64,000 nt of DNA from Vicugna vicugna (taxonomy: Eukaryota), in contig MU058824.1 in NCBI GenBank assembly GCA_013265495.1, positions 1,763,111-1,827,110 on the forward strand. The letters are read 5' to 3'. This document shows, piece by piece, positions 40,431-52,919 of this stretch (positions within the stretch are counted from its first letter, which is position 1; each line of letters opens with the position of its first letter). Under the pieces are notes generated by a model. It saw only the letters and a list, made by a program, of their open reading frames with translations, was not told the origin of the DNA and did no database searches. Both the position numbers and the translations under genes were made by a program.

Positions 40431-41822
40431 AGGCACAAGCTCACTTCTGGGGCCCCTCCCAGTCTGCGGCTCTGGTTAGAGATGCTCGGCTGTTTATGAC
40501 AACTCCATCCTGGGTTTGAAGAATCAGTGTTGTTTCTTCTGTGTCAGTATGTGGTTCATGCATATCATTTTCAGTAATGAAGGACCGGCCTATATGTTCC
40601 ATTACTTATGTGATCACTAAGCCAGAACACTTGGATTCTTCGGTAGCAATTGACAAAGCGTGCTGGGGAAGACTTTAGGAGTTCAGTTGTCTGAAAGCCC
40701 CATGGGAGTTGGAGCTGTGATGTGGCCACAGCCGCTGCATTGCCTGAGCCGAGGGGACTCCACCCCCGGGGTGTCTGGGCAAAGTGAGAGCCCAGGGAGG
40801 TCATGGGCCCAGGCGTCCAGGGAGGGGGCCTGTCTGAGAAACTGCTTTGAGTACAGCAGAAAGGCTTTGAGTGCAAGATTTGGTCACTAGTTTAGTCTGT
40901 GGTGAAGATGATTTAAGCCAGATGAACACACATTCCAGTGTGAGACACTTTTTGCTCTAGGCTTTCCAGTTATTCCACGAACAGCCTTGTGGCCCTACAG
41001 CGGAGTATCGTTTATCAACCAAATTAGAGGAGGTTAAGAGTGTAGAAGAGAGATTTATACCTTACACAGATCAAAAATTCAAGTCCAGGAACTAGATGGT
41101 TTTGAAAGAGTTGTTGTGGCAGTTGTGGGACAAAACTAGGATTGAATTCTCCATGACTCCAACCTTTTATATAGCCAGGATTGGTTTTTACTGTCATTAC
41201 TTTGTCTTATTATTTTTTAAATTTAGACTTTTTTTTAAATGGGCCCCTTAATTTTTTTTTCTGACACATACAAGATTTACCTAAATGTGTAAATGCGATC
41301 ACACACTTTTTTTCATAGTCTTTTTATCTTTTTCTTCCTTCCCTGGCTTCCACTTCGTTTTCCCTCCACCTACGATGTCACACCCTCCCCAGACACACAT
41401 ACACAAACTTCACCCCATATGGCTACATTTTAAAAGACATTAAAAGAAAAGAAGCCCATTAAAGGAAGTATTGACATGTGGTGACTTAATGCTTCCAAAT
41501 TCAATGTTTTTATAGTATGTTACCATTTTTTCCTAAAGACCAATTATAAAATCTTGAATTGAGAAGCCCCACTACTATAGTATTTATTCTGCCTCTTATA
41601 TTTACTAGAACCAAATTGAAAGTTTGAGAGAGAGCAGTAACTCGGAGATGAGGTCTTCCCTTGTGGGGGCAGGTGTTTTTTTGAGGACAAAGAAAGCTCA
41701 CTACAAGTATGACTTGATACTGTTGCAGACAGTAACATGGGACTGTCCCCTCGGACTTTCATCCAGACTCAGCTTCAGGAAAATGCTGAGAGAGCACCAT
41801 CATCTGACTGATGGCAGGAAGG

Positions 41823-41919
41823 CAGGGCCACTGTGCTGAATGAACAACTCTAGGGGGCACCATTCACACTGTATTCCCTCTGGAATGGCGTCCTTGAAAG
41901 TACGCAATTAGCTGGTCCT
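41823..41919. mobile_element. MER91-like (hAT-Tip100) palindromic MITE remnant
   Basis: cagggcc...caactctagggggcaccattcac...gaatggcgtcc; internal imperfect palindrome. Confidence 0.6.
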
Positions 41920-41995
41920 AGTAGAAGGGCAGTCTGGATCAGTCAAAATATCTGAAGCTTTTTGAAGAGATAAAGAAATGCTCTTTTCTCAAAAC

Positions 41996-42201
41996 AAGGT
42001 GTCAGCCAATTTTTCCTATAAAGAGTCAGATAGTAAATATGCTCAGCGTTACAGGCCATACAGCCTCTGTCACAACCATGTAACTGCTGTTGTAGAACGA
42101 AAGCAGAGACAAATACATAAACGAATGGCTTTGACTGTGTTCCAATAAAGCTTTATTTACAAAGTCAAAAGTAGGTCATATCTGTAGTTTGCTGATCCCT
42201 G
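41996..42201 (+). mobile_element. MER58A hAT-Charlie DNA transposon
   Basis: cagatagtaaatat...ctgtgttccaataaagctttatttacaaa...gtagtttgctgatccctg; 8-bp TSD ctcaaaac / ctctaaac (7 of 8). Confidence 0.85.
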
Positions 42202-43882
42202 CTCTAAACAACCATGGGAAGTGACATTTAGTAATAATAGCTGACATTTGTTGAACAGTAATCATAAGCCAAGCTCTGGTAATCTAATGTGATTTGTGTG
42301 GTTATCTTCCCTATTTTGGAGATGAGGAAACTGGCTCAGAGGGGTTAGGAACCTTACCTAAGGTCACACAGCTAAGTCAGTAGGAATCAAACTCAGATCT
42401 GATTCCAGAAGCTGGTGCTTAATCATTCCTGATGCCTTCACTCCCATCTCTCATTCAGTGAGACCAGAGCACTAGTAACTTCCTAGCCCCAGAGAGAGAA
42501 CTGAGTTTCATGGCTTTGTTGTGCACTGACACAATGGAGAAAAGTTCATGCAGCTCTTGAAGAGAAAGCTGAAAGATAAGGAGGGAACTCAGGAAAGCTG
42601 AGGTGAGACTAGAGAGATGACCTTGCCTAATTTGGGGATTCTCTGGTGCTCAGACTTTGTATGATCAGATCAGTGCTGTTTTTTAAATTTAAAATTTTAG
42701 ATCTTTTTTAAAAGATTATTTCAAGTCACCTCTCCTTGACATTGCACTGTGTATATGCATGCAATATTTGTTTAGTTAGTCATTATTAGTCTTCCCCCTT
42801 TTATGCACGCTCCATGGCAGGATATTTATGTTTTGCCCACTGTTGCATCCCTAGTGCCTAGAACAGAACTTAATTCAGAGGAGGCGCTCAATAAATTGTT
42901 CCTGTGATTAGTAAGTCAAATGTGATTCATAACTACGTAGCCTAAATTTGTTTAGTCACAAACACTGGCCAAGTGTCAGGCTTTGGAAATTAGATGTGTC
43001 CTCTCTTCTCAGGCTCTTCCCACCTTGGATCCGTCTGTATGAAGTGTAGCCCTGAATCTAGTAGAGCTGAGGTGCAATGTCACACTTTGCCCCTAGACGT
43101 CACTGTCCTGCACATAAACAGAGAATCAGAAATTGGCAAAACCCAAGTAATGACAGCCAAACAGCTACCATTTGTTGAGCATCTTCTCTATGCTGGACAT
43201 TGTACTAAATGCCTTCCATACATCATCTCATTTTACTATTATACCAGCTCTGCAGCTTAGGGCTCCCTGGCTCCACTTTTCGAGGAGGAGATAAGCCCAG
43301 CAAAGTTATGCAGCGTGCTCAGGATCACATTTGACAAGAACTGGGATTAGAAGGAGCCCAAAACTGTGTTCTTTTTTTGCACCATGCTTAGAGCTTACAT
43401 GAGCCTCCCCCAACTACCTTCCACTCCTTGCCATTGTACAAATCAGAAATGCAGAATGAGAGAGGAAGTGATTTACCCAGGGTCACACACAGGTCACAAG
43501 GGATGGAAACAGGACTCCAATCCAGGTCCATATAATCCCAGATCCTGTCTTTCTAGCCACATGCTACCTCAGGCTTCAGACTTGAGCCTTAAAACTGGGA
43601 GGACTTGACTTTATCACACTTAAGTTTAAAGGCCAGCTGTGCCGTGGGTGCTTTCCCTATTCAGGCAGCAGGGGTCAAGGTGCTGCATCTACCTCCCCTG
43701 TAGGTGACTCACTGAGTGTGCCCACCTCATGTTTCTCAGCCCCTCCCTCTCAGTGTACCACTTCTCGTCCAGGAGAGACTGTGCAGTCCCAAAGGACCCG
43801 AGGTATTGTGTGCTGGAGTGTAAGGTGGTCCATATCCTATGTGCATGAGCCCTTGGGAAGAGGCCAGGAGAAGTGGCACTGC

Positions 43883-44506
43883 TGAGCAAGTTCAAGGTCA
43901 CTGCCTCCTGGAAGTTATGCTGTGGGAAGAGTAGTACCCTTTCCATCTCATGGGAAAGCCTTGGCAGAGGAGGGAGCTGGAGGTGCTGGCACTTGCTGGT
44001 GGGGGAAGTTTGGGGAGGGGAAGAGGACTCAGAGGCTGAGGCTGGCAACTCTGCCTACCTGGTATTCGTGGCATCTGCATTCTCCTGTCCATTTGGTAGT
44101 CACTGCTCTGCATCGGGCCTCCTCCCTCCTCATCAGGACAGCAGCCCCAGCTTCTAACTGGCCTCCTACTTCAGGCTCCCACCTCAGGTCCACCCCTCAA
44201 TGCTGCAGAGAGCTCCCCATCACTCTGATGCTTAAAGATGCTTAAACCTCCAGCAGCCCCACGGGAGGCCCCATCACATGCACACAGGCTCTCCTGCTCC
44301 AGCTCACCCTGTCTCCAGCCACATCCCCATCCCGCCCCACACTCATGCAGCCATACAGAACCTCTCACAGAAAGGAAATGTTGTTTTAGACAAAAGAACC
44401 AGCAGCTACAAAGGCCTGGGAAGGAATAGGAACCTGCAGCAGGTGGGGCCTTATGGGAAGCAGAACCTGAGCCCTAGGCAGGAGGCAGTGACCTTGAACT
44501 TGCTCA
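43883..44506. repeat. Inverted repeat pair with a 28-bp perfect core (43883-43910 / 44479-44506)
   Basis: tgagcaagttcaaggtcactgcctcctg is the exact reverse complement of caggaggcagtgaccttgaacttgctca. Confidence 0.95.
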
Positions 44507-45619
44507 ACAGCACCTCTTTCCCTTGTCCTTTTTCTGGGAACTCATTCATTAATTCCCCAGGAAGATCAGAGAGCCAGCCCCTGCACAAGGCCACCAGGGC
44601 ACAGAGGAGAGACTGGCTGGTCCCTGCCTCTGTTCTGACAGGAGCACAGTTGTAGCCCACGCCCTGTGCAGGGCTACAAATTCACAGAGGAGCAGCTGCT
44701 CAGGCTCAACCTTGAAATAAGGGTAGGAGGGCACCGGCAGAAAGCTGGGGAAAGACCTTCCATGGGCAAATGCCTGGGCCTCCAACAGCCCTGGGTGAGC
44801 ATCAACCAGGGAGCCCCTTCTAGCCGTCCTCCGAGTCCTAAGCTCCTCAGCATTTCTTCCTTTTGGTCCAATATCTCGAGGCTTTCAGGGAGCCGCCTGG
44901 TTCCCCAGAGGACTAGGGTTAAGCCAGGCCTCTGCAAACCATCAGCCGTTCATTGAATGCTTCTGAAAAATCTCAGAGGGGTCTTTGCCACCACCCCAGC
45001 CCCAGGTAAAGTGGTTTTGGTGGATTTGATCTCTTTGGTAGTAACTCAGCAATACTTTCTTGTTCTTTTCACAATTTGGCCACAGAGAAACCTCTTGCGT
45101 TTCTATTTCGCCTTTAAAAATGGCTTCAATCATTAAAAGCCAGACCTGGTGATATTTCTTAAGCTTTTGTTTCAGTTTTGTTTATTTTTCTATATAGTCT
45201 TTTCCAGAACTACTTCATCACATTAGCTTTTATTTGGCGTTGGGGCAGGGGGCAGGGAAGGACACATAAACGTGCAGTGAGTGAAATACAGGTTAGCTTT
45301 GCCGCTGACAGCATTTGTCCTCAGGCCAATCCCTATCAAATGGACATAAAGTAGGGTGGGAATTTCACGGTATAATAAAAATATCTCAGGCTGCAAAGGC
45401 GGGTAGAAGCTATATTTCTTCTTTATATATTCCTTCATCTCAATTCAATCCATCAAACTTAAGTACCAACTGTATGCCAGGTCCTGCTGGGTACTGAGGG
45501 TAAACAAATAAATAAAACAGGCTTCCCTTCTGTCAGGGGTTCCCCAGTTTACTGAGGAGGGCAGGCGGGTATACAACTTAATAAAGCATCTGGTCCCTGA
45601 GACATCTGGTAGGTGCTGT

Positions 45620-45880
45620 AAATGTTTGAGGGTGTGGATTCTGGAGAGAGGAGGAGTTTGGTTCCAATCTGGGCTTCACTTTTTAGTAGCTATATTCCAC
45701 TGAGCAAGTTACTTAGCCCCCAGCACCAGCCTCAGTTTCTTCGTCCAAAAAATGGGAATAATAGTGTCTGCCTTTATGTGAGAAGATGTATGTAAAACAA
45801 TAAACCTATAAAAAAAATTTTTTAAGAAATCAACCTAGAGGCGGGTGCAGTGTATGTGTTCATTAAATGTTAACATTTAT
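45620..45880 (+). mobile_element. MIR SINE
   Basis: tgagcaagttacttagccc...gcctcagtttcttcgtccaaaaaatgggaataatagt. Confidence 0.7.
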
Positions 45881-46316
45881 ATTTATTTTTCTTCTTGTAG
45901 TTACTACTATTACTCTCCATAATAATAAGTATTGAACGTATTAAGTATAATTATGTGAACAAAGTGCTATGGGAATAATTAGTTCTGCTGTGGGAGTTAG
46001 GGGGCTTCATGGAGAGGTGACAATGCATCTGGGTCTTTAAAGATTATTAGCAGTTTGCTGAACAGAAAGAATAGAGTGTTGCAGACAAGAGAACCAGCAC
46101 CCACAAAGGCCTGGAGTGAAAATCTCAGCAGAGTCCGAGACCGGGAGTCAGCAGACATAACTAAGTATATGTGTGTGTTTGGGATGTGGACAAGCCAAGC
46201 TCATGAAAGGCCTTGAATGCCAGGCAAAGAAGCTTGGCTGGATTTATTCTATGGGCGATGGGGAATCTGGGGGAAGTTTGAAACTGGGGGGTGCCACCAT
46301 TCAGTCACTCACCTGA

Positions 46317-46703
<387 letters not shown>

Positions 46704-49700
46704 TGAGACACGTTATTTCAGGAAGGCCAAATATAACGTCTTTACTCCTGGGGAAACAATGGCAAAAATTTGTCTAGGTGTATTAATATATGCAGAATTA
46801 AGGGGAAATGTTGAGCTGTTTAAACCAGTATGTAAAAGCCCAATTTATAAAAAGATCCGTTAGTCTAGAAATTACGTTGCATTTTTAATCCCGCCTTTAA
46901 AGTCAATTCCCTAGGGAGTGTTACTAGGGAATAAACACTCTGATAGCTCCTTCTAGTTACCAGAGGATCTTCAAAGTGATGTGTTGTCAAAAAGAAGAAC
47001 CTTACATAAAAGTACTGTTAAATACATATTTTAGTAGTCTTGTGCTCGGCTTTGCCCTTAACGCATACTGGTCTTCCTTGGATGCTCCAGATTAGGGAAA
47101 TTCAAGATCAGGGAAGTTGTAGTTATGTTGACTTTTTCTTAGAAGAGTTAAACATACCTTTGTCGGGGAGAGAGCAGGCTGAACGGTGGTGGCTGTACTG
47201 TATGATTTCCCTGCAGGGTGGCAAATTCTATTGAGAAAGCTGGAATTTTCTCCAGTTCTCTCACTGCGTTATTAAGGAAATCTTTCTGTGGAATTTAAGG
47301 TGAGTTCTTAAACTAAACTGGAGACAGTCGTTTTATGCCTTGAGGACAGAGGTTTTTATCCTTCTGGACAAGATTTTCTAGCAAATAAGATGCCTGGCCT
47401 CATTTGTCTGGCAAACAGGCAGAGGGTTTGCTCGGCCCAATAAGAAGTCAGGCAATCAGAGCAGCAGCAGAGAACGCGTTTTCTGACAGCGTGGATTTAG
47501 GAGAGGGATTTAGGGCTGTGCGCCTCCATCTCACTGCCTTAAGTGTCCATCCTGGGGGGAAGCAGGAATCCAGACAGGCTCAACCAGATCTGGCAGAGGA
47601 CAGACCCAACACTGGCTCTGCACATGGGCCAAAGGGGCAGGAACTCAGCTGAGGTCACTTGAGCAGACAGGCTGTTCCTAGAGGGGAGGTGACATCTGGT
47701 CATCACTCATCTGCACAGTTGGAAAAGGGGCAGACCTGCCCCCGACTCCATCCTAGGGGTTCACCACCCACAGGATTTGGAAATCCAGACCGGATGTCAG
47801 CAGGAGGAAGAGCCGCCATTGGCTAACTGGACCTCCAGGCTAGGGAGAGCCTGGGGTGATGATGATCAAAAGCAGTAATGCTAATGACAACAATAATAAT
47901 GATGCTGCTGGTGACTAGATTTGTGTGTTAATTCACTGAATCCTCACAGTTAACTCTGTAGAATAGGTACTATCCTGAACTCCATTTTAATGATGCAGAA
48001 ACAGTAACCCAGAGAGATTATTATATAAGGTACCCAAGGTTACCTAGCAGGTTAATGACAATACCACCAACTGTTGTCTCACTCACTCTCCTCCCTTGTC
48101 TTTCGATACACGACAGTACTTTGTAGTTTTTAGGTGTTTTTGAAGACCTTTGGTCACTGGTCTACGAAATGGGTAGGGCAGGAAAGTGTTCTCACTTTCT
48201 GCAGATGAAGCCTAAAATTAGGTGTTGGGCAGACTGAGGGCCCAAGGATATCAGGGAAAGAGAAAGGGAGTCGGGCAGACCCCGTGACAGAGACCAGACC
48301 CAGCTGGCTTGATGCCGAGCCCAAGGGTTGCTGGAGGTGGGGCGCTGCCATCTCTGCTCAAGGTTAAGATAGGGGCCGGGCATGCACTGGGGTCCCTAGG
48401 ATCTGACTGTGTTGGGGAGAGGCTGCAGAGCTGGAGTTGGCCTGAGTCAGCTGACTCTGGACATAGATCCAGGAAGCCTGTGCCCCTGGAGCATTTGAAG
48501 GAGATGGAGCTTGTGCAGGCCAATTAATGTAAGTGGCTCTCACCCATCTTACCTTTCTTCCTTACTTTCTGTAGTAAGTACTGCTGCTCTCCATAGCTCT
48601 GTGCATAGAACTCTGGTCCATTCCAGACCTTCTAGGAGATGGTTCTCAAACTGAAGAGCCATGGGGTGCCATGGAAATGCTTCTCTGTGTAGATGAGGAA
48701 ACTGAGGCTGGGGAGGGAGAAGGTCCTGCCCGGGGGCATCTGAAGGTGGGGGCTGGAGGACAGCCACCTCCCTGTCTTGAGGCCCAGACACCTTGTCTCT
48801 GTGTTTCCCTCCAAGTATCTGCTGAGATTTCTCTCTGAACCTTTTCTGGCCTGATCCTCTAATTTTAGGGTTGCCCTGTCATTCTGTTGCCATGGTAGCA
48901 GAACCTTTGATATGTCGACCCACAGCCGTGTCGGTTTATTGTCATTTTTCCACCAAACAGCGCCAAGCTGTCAGTTGATTTCCCTCACACCCGCCTCTGT
49001 CAGATGCAGCATGATGGTTGAGTGTCCCCAGAGGCTGAGGGGTCCTAAATTTTCTACGAAGGGCTGTTTTTTCCACAACCCCCAGTGAGAGAGAAAGTTT
49101 ACGCTTGGGGGAGAAGTGATCAAAGATCTCCCTAGCCTGTCCCCTCCTCCTCTTGGACCACACCTATCCCAGAAGCCTTTGGTCACTCTGGACACTGACG
49201 CCTCAGGATTCTAGTCACAGACCTTGCTCTGTGTTGCACTTTCAAGCCTTTGCCTGTGCTGGCCCCCCTTCCAGAACCTTCTCTGACAAGTGAGTGAACT
49301 TCAGTTGCAGGCTCCTGTGTCATCTGCTGTGTTCCTGAGCTCAACCAAATTTAAGCGCCTCCTCTTCCCATTTCCGTCCCCATCTTGGCCTTGCCCGTCA
49401 GGACACGTAGCACACTGATCATCTCTGCTGAGTGCATCTCTGCCCCGTCCCACCCCTGCTGGGCTGCTTGCTTCTCCAGGACAGGACCCCGCAGATCAGT
49501 CTCCCCCATCACCCAGCCCAGCACCTCCACATGCATCTTCCCCTGGGAGACAGAGGTGAGCACAGCAGTGTGACCTTTGGTCTCAAAGTGACCACAGGCT
49601 AGTGTGGGGCAGAGAGTAAACATGCAAATAAGCACAATTCCTTTAGATCGCATGGATTCTGATAGCACTTGGAAGTAAATAAACAAGATAAAGGGTTCAG

Positions 49701-50609
49701 GAATAACAGAAAGGACCAGTGGAAGAACGTCTCCATTCCAGAATGGAACAGAAAGTACTTTAACAGAAAGTACAGAGAGTTTCCATATATGTCCCACCCC
49801 ACACCCCATAGTTCTCCCTATTATTAACATCTTGCATTGTGTGGTGTACTTGTTATAGCTGATGAACCAGTACTAATACATTATTATTCACTAAAGTACA
49901 TAATTTACTCTAGGGTTCACTCTTTGCGCTGTACATTCTATAGATGTTGCCAAATGCATAGTCATGTATCCACTATTACAGTGTCGTACAGATCAGGCTC
50001 ACTGCCTGAAATATCCTCTATGCATCACCAACCCCTCGCAACCACTGACCTTTCTACTGTCTATGGCTTTGCCTTTTCCAGAATGGCATACAGTTGGACT
50101 CATACACTATGTAGCTTTTTCAGACTGGCCTCTTTTACTTAACAATGTACATTTAAGTTTCTTCCATGTCTTTTCATGACTTGATAGATCATTTCTTCTT
50201 ACTACTGAATAATATTCTATTGTACAGATGTACCACAGTTTGTTTATCTATTTGCCCATTGAAGGACATATTGGTTGCTTCCAAGAGTGGACAATTATTA
50301 ACAAAGCTGCTATAAGCATTTTTTAGGTAGGTTTTTGTGTGGACATAAGTTTTCAAGTAATTTGGGTAAGTACCTAGAAGCAGGATCATTAGATCATATG
50401 CTAAGAGTATGTTTAATTTTGCCAACTGTCTTGCAAAGTGGCTGTACCATTTTGCGTTCCCATCAGCAGTAAATAAGAGTTCCTGTTGCTCCATCCTTGT
50501 CAGCATTTGGTATTGTCAGTATTTTGGATTTTAGCCATTCTAGTAGTTGTATAGTGGTATCACATTGTTGTTTTAATGTACAATTCCCTAATGACATATG
50601 ATGTAGAGC

Positions 50610-51332
50610 CCTTCTCAGACTCTTCCAGAAGATTGAAAAGGAGACAATACTCCCAAACTCATTCTCTAAAGCCACCATCACCCTGATACCAAAACCAGGC
50701 AAAGACACCACCAAAAAATAGAATTACAGACCGATATCACTGATGAACATAGACGCAAAAATCCTTACCAAAATATTAGCAAATTGAATCCAACAGAAAA
50801 AAGATTATACATCATGATCAAGTGGGGTTCATCCCAGGGACACAAGGGTGGTTCAACATACGCAAATCAGTCAATATAATACATCACATCCACAAGACAA
50901 AGGACAAAAACCACATGATCGTCTCAATAGATGCAGAAAAAACATTTGATAAAATTCAACACCCATTAATGATAAAAACTCTCACCAAAGTAGGTATAAA
51001 GGGAACATATTTCAACATAATGAAAGCTATATATGACAAACCTACAGCAGCATAGTACTGAACAGTGAAAAACTCAAAAGCTTCCCACTAAAGTCTGGGA
51101 CAAGACAAGGCTGCCCACTATCACCACTCCTATTCAACATAGACTTGGAAGTCCTAGCCACAGCAATCAGGCAAGAGAGAGAAATAAAAGGGATCCAAAT
51201 TGGAAAAGAAGAGGTAAAGAAGAGGTCACTATATGCAGGTAACATAATACTATATATAGAAAACCCTAAAAGGTCCACATAAAAGCTACTGGAAATAATC
51301 GAAGAATTCAGCAAGGTAGCAGGTTACAAGAT
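50610..51332 (+). mobile_element. Internal L1 ORF2 (Z domain / RT N-terminal) fragment with no 3' UTR or polyA, flanked by an 18-bp TSD
   Basis: Encodes [69 protein letters not shown]; tgacatatgatgtagagc at 50592-50609 and 51333-51350. Confidence 0.93.
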
Positions 51333-51389
51333 TGACATATGATGTAGAGCATCTTTTCATATGCTTATTTACCACCTGTATTTCTTCTT

Positions 51390-51534
51390 TTTTTAATTTT
51401 TAATTTTTTAATTTTTGGGGGGGGTGGTAATTAGGTTTACTTAATTATTTATTTTTGGAGGAGGTACTGGAGACTGAACCCAGGATCTTGTATATGCTAA
51501 GCATGCACTCTATCACTTGAGCTATACACTCCCC
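51390..51534 (-). mobile_element. tRNA-Ala-derived SINE (Vic-1-like)
   Basis: Reverse complement reads gggagtgtatagctcaagtgatagagtgcatgcttagcatatacaagatcctgggttcagtctccagtacctcc...polyA; TSD cctgtattt(c/a)ttctt at 51375-51389 and 51535-51549. Confidence 0.88.
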
Positions 51535-52919
51535 CCTGTATTTATTCTTCGGTGAGGTATCTGTTCAGATCTTTTGCCCACTTTTTAATTAGATTGTTTA
51601 TCTTCTTATTGTTGAGTTTTAACAATTCTTTGCACATTTTGGATACAAGTCCTTTATCATGTATGTGTTTTGCATATATTTTCTCTGAGTCTATATCTTG
51701 TCTTTTCATTTTCTTCACATTGTCTTAGGCAGAACAGAAATTTTTTATTTTAAGGATGTCCAGGTTATTAATTTGTCATTTCATGGCTTGTGCTTTCGGT
51801 GTTGTATCTAAATACTCATTGCCATACCCATGGTCACCTAGATTTTCTCCTGTTATCTTCTAGAAGTTTTATAGTTTTGCATTTTACATTTAGGTCTATG
51901 ATCCATTTTGAGTTAATTTTTGTAAAAGGTGCGAGGTCACTGTCTAGATTCACTTTTACGCACGTAAATGTCTAGTAGTTCCAGCACCATTTGTCAAAAA
52001 TACTATCCTTTCCCCAGTGTATTCCCTTTGTGTCTTTGTCATCGATTGGTTGACTTTAATGGTATGGGTCTATTTCTGGACTCCCTAGTCTGTTTCACTG
52101 ATCTGTTTGTCTGTTTTTTCACTAATTCCACACTGATTTGATGACCATAGTTTTATAGTAAGTCTTGAAATCAAATAAGTCAAATAATATCAGTTCTCTG
52201 ACTTTTCTTGTTCAATATTGTGTTGGTTATTCTGGGTCTTTTGTGTCTCCATATAAACTTTAGAATCACTTTGTTGATATCCACAAAGTAACTTGCTGGC
52301 ATTTTGATTGGGATTGTGTCAGTTCTATAGCTCAAGTTGGAGAGAACTGACATCTTAACAATATTGAGGCTTCCTATCCATGAACATGGATTATCTCTCC
52401 GTTTATTTAGATCTACTTTGATTTCTTTCATCTGAGTTTTGTAGATTTCCTCATATAGCTCTTATTTTGTTAGACTTATACCGAAGTATTTTGTTTTCGA
52501 TGCTAATATAAGTGGTGTTGTGTTTTTTAATTTCAAATTCCAGTTGCTCATTACATAGGAAAGCAGTTGACTTTTGTATCTTAAACTTGAATTCTACAAT
52601 GTTGCTTATAATTGCTTGTTAGTTCCAGAAGGGTTTTTGTTGTTGATCCTTTGGGACTCTCTACATAGATAGTTATGCCCTCTACAAATGAACTATTTTA
52701 TTTTTTTCCTTCTCAATCTGTATGCGTTTTAGTTCTTTTCTTGGCTTATTTTTGTTTTAGCTAGGACTCTTAGTGTGATGTTGAATAGCAGTGGTGAGAA
52801 GGGACAACCTTGCCTAGTTTCTGATCTTAAAGGGAAAGGATTTAGCTTCTCAACATGAAACATGATATTAATATATCATTTTTTTCTTAAATGATCAAAA
52901 AATAAACACAAGATGGTTC

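Larger units (their letters stand above)
49750..52865 (-). mobile_element. Old L1 (L1MC-like) 3' portion, about 2.2 kb of own sequence, interrupted by a younger L1 fragment and a SINE
   Basis: Antisense L1MC-type 3' UTR (cagaaagtacagagagtttccatat; caaccactgacctttctactgtc); minus-strand ORF remnants AYDLMILLLGTYP (50189..50506) and PCSWIGSLNIVKMSVL...IPIKMP...ILKFIW (52180..52431) are L1 ORF2p. Confidence 0.88.

Noticed and set aside
50610..51332. Active or domesticated reverse transcriptase gene
   Set aside because: Fragment only, with in-frame stops and frameshifts, ending well short of a complete RT.
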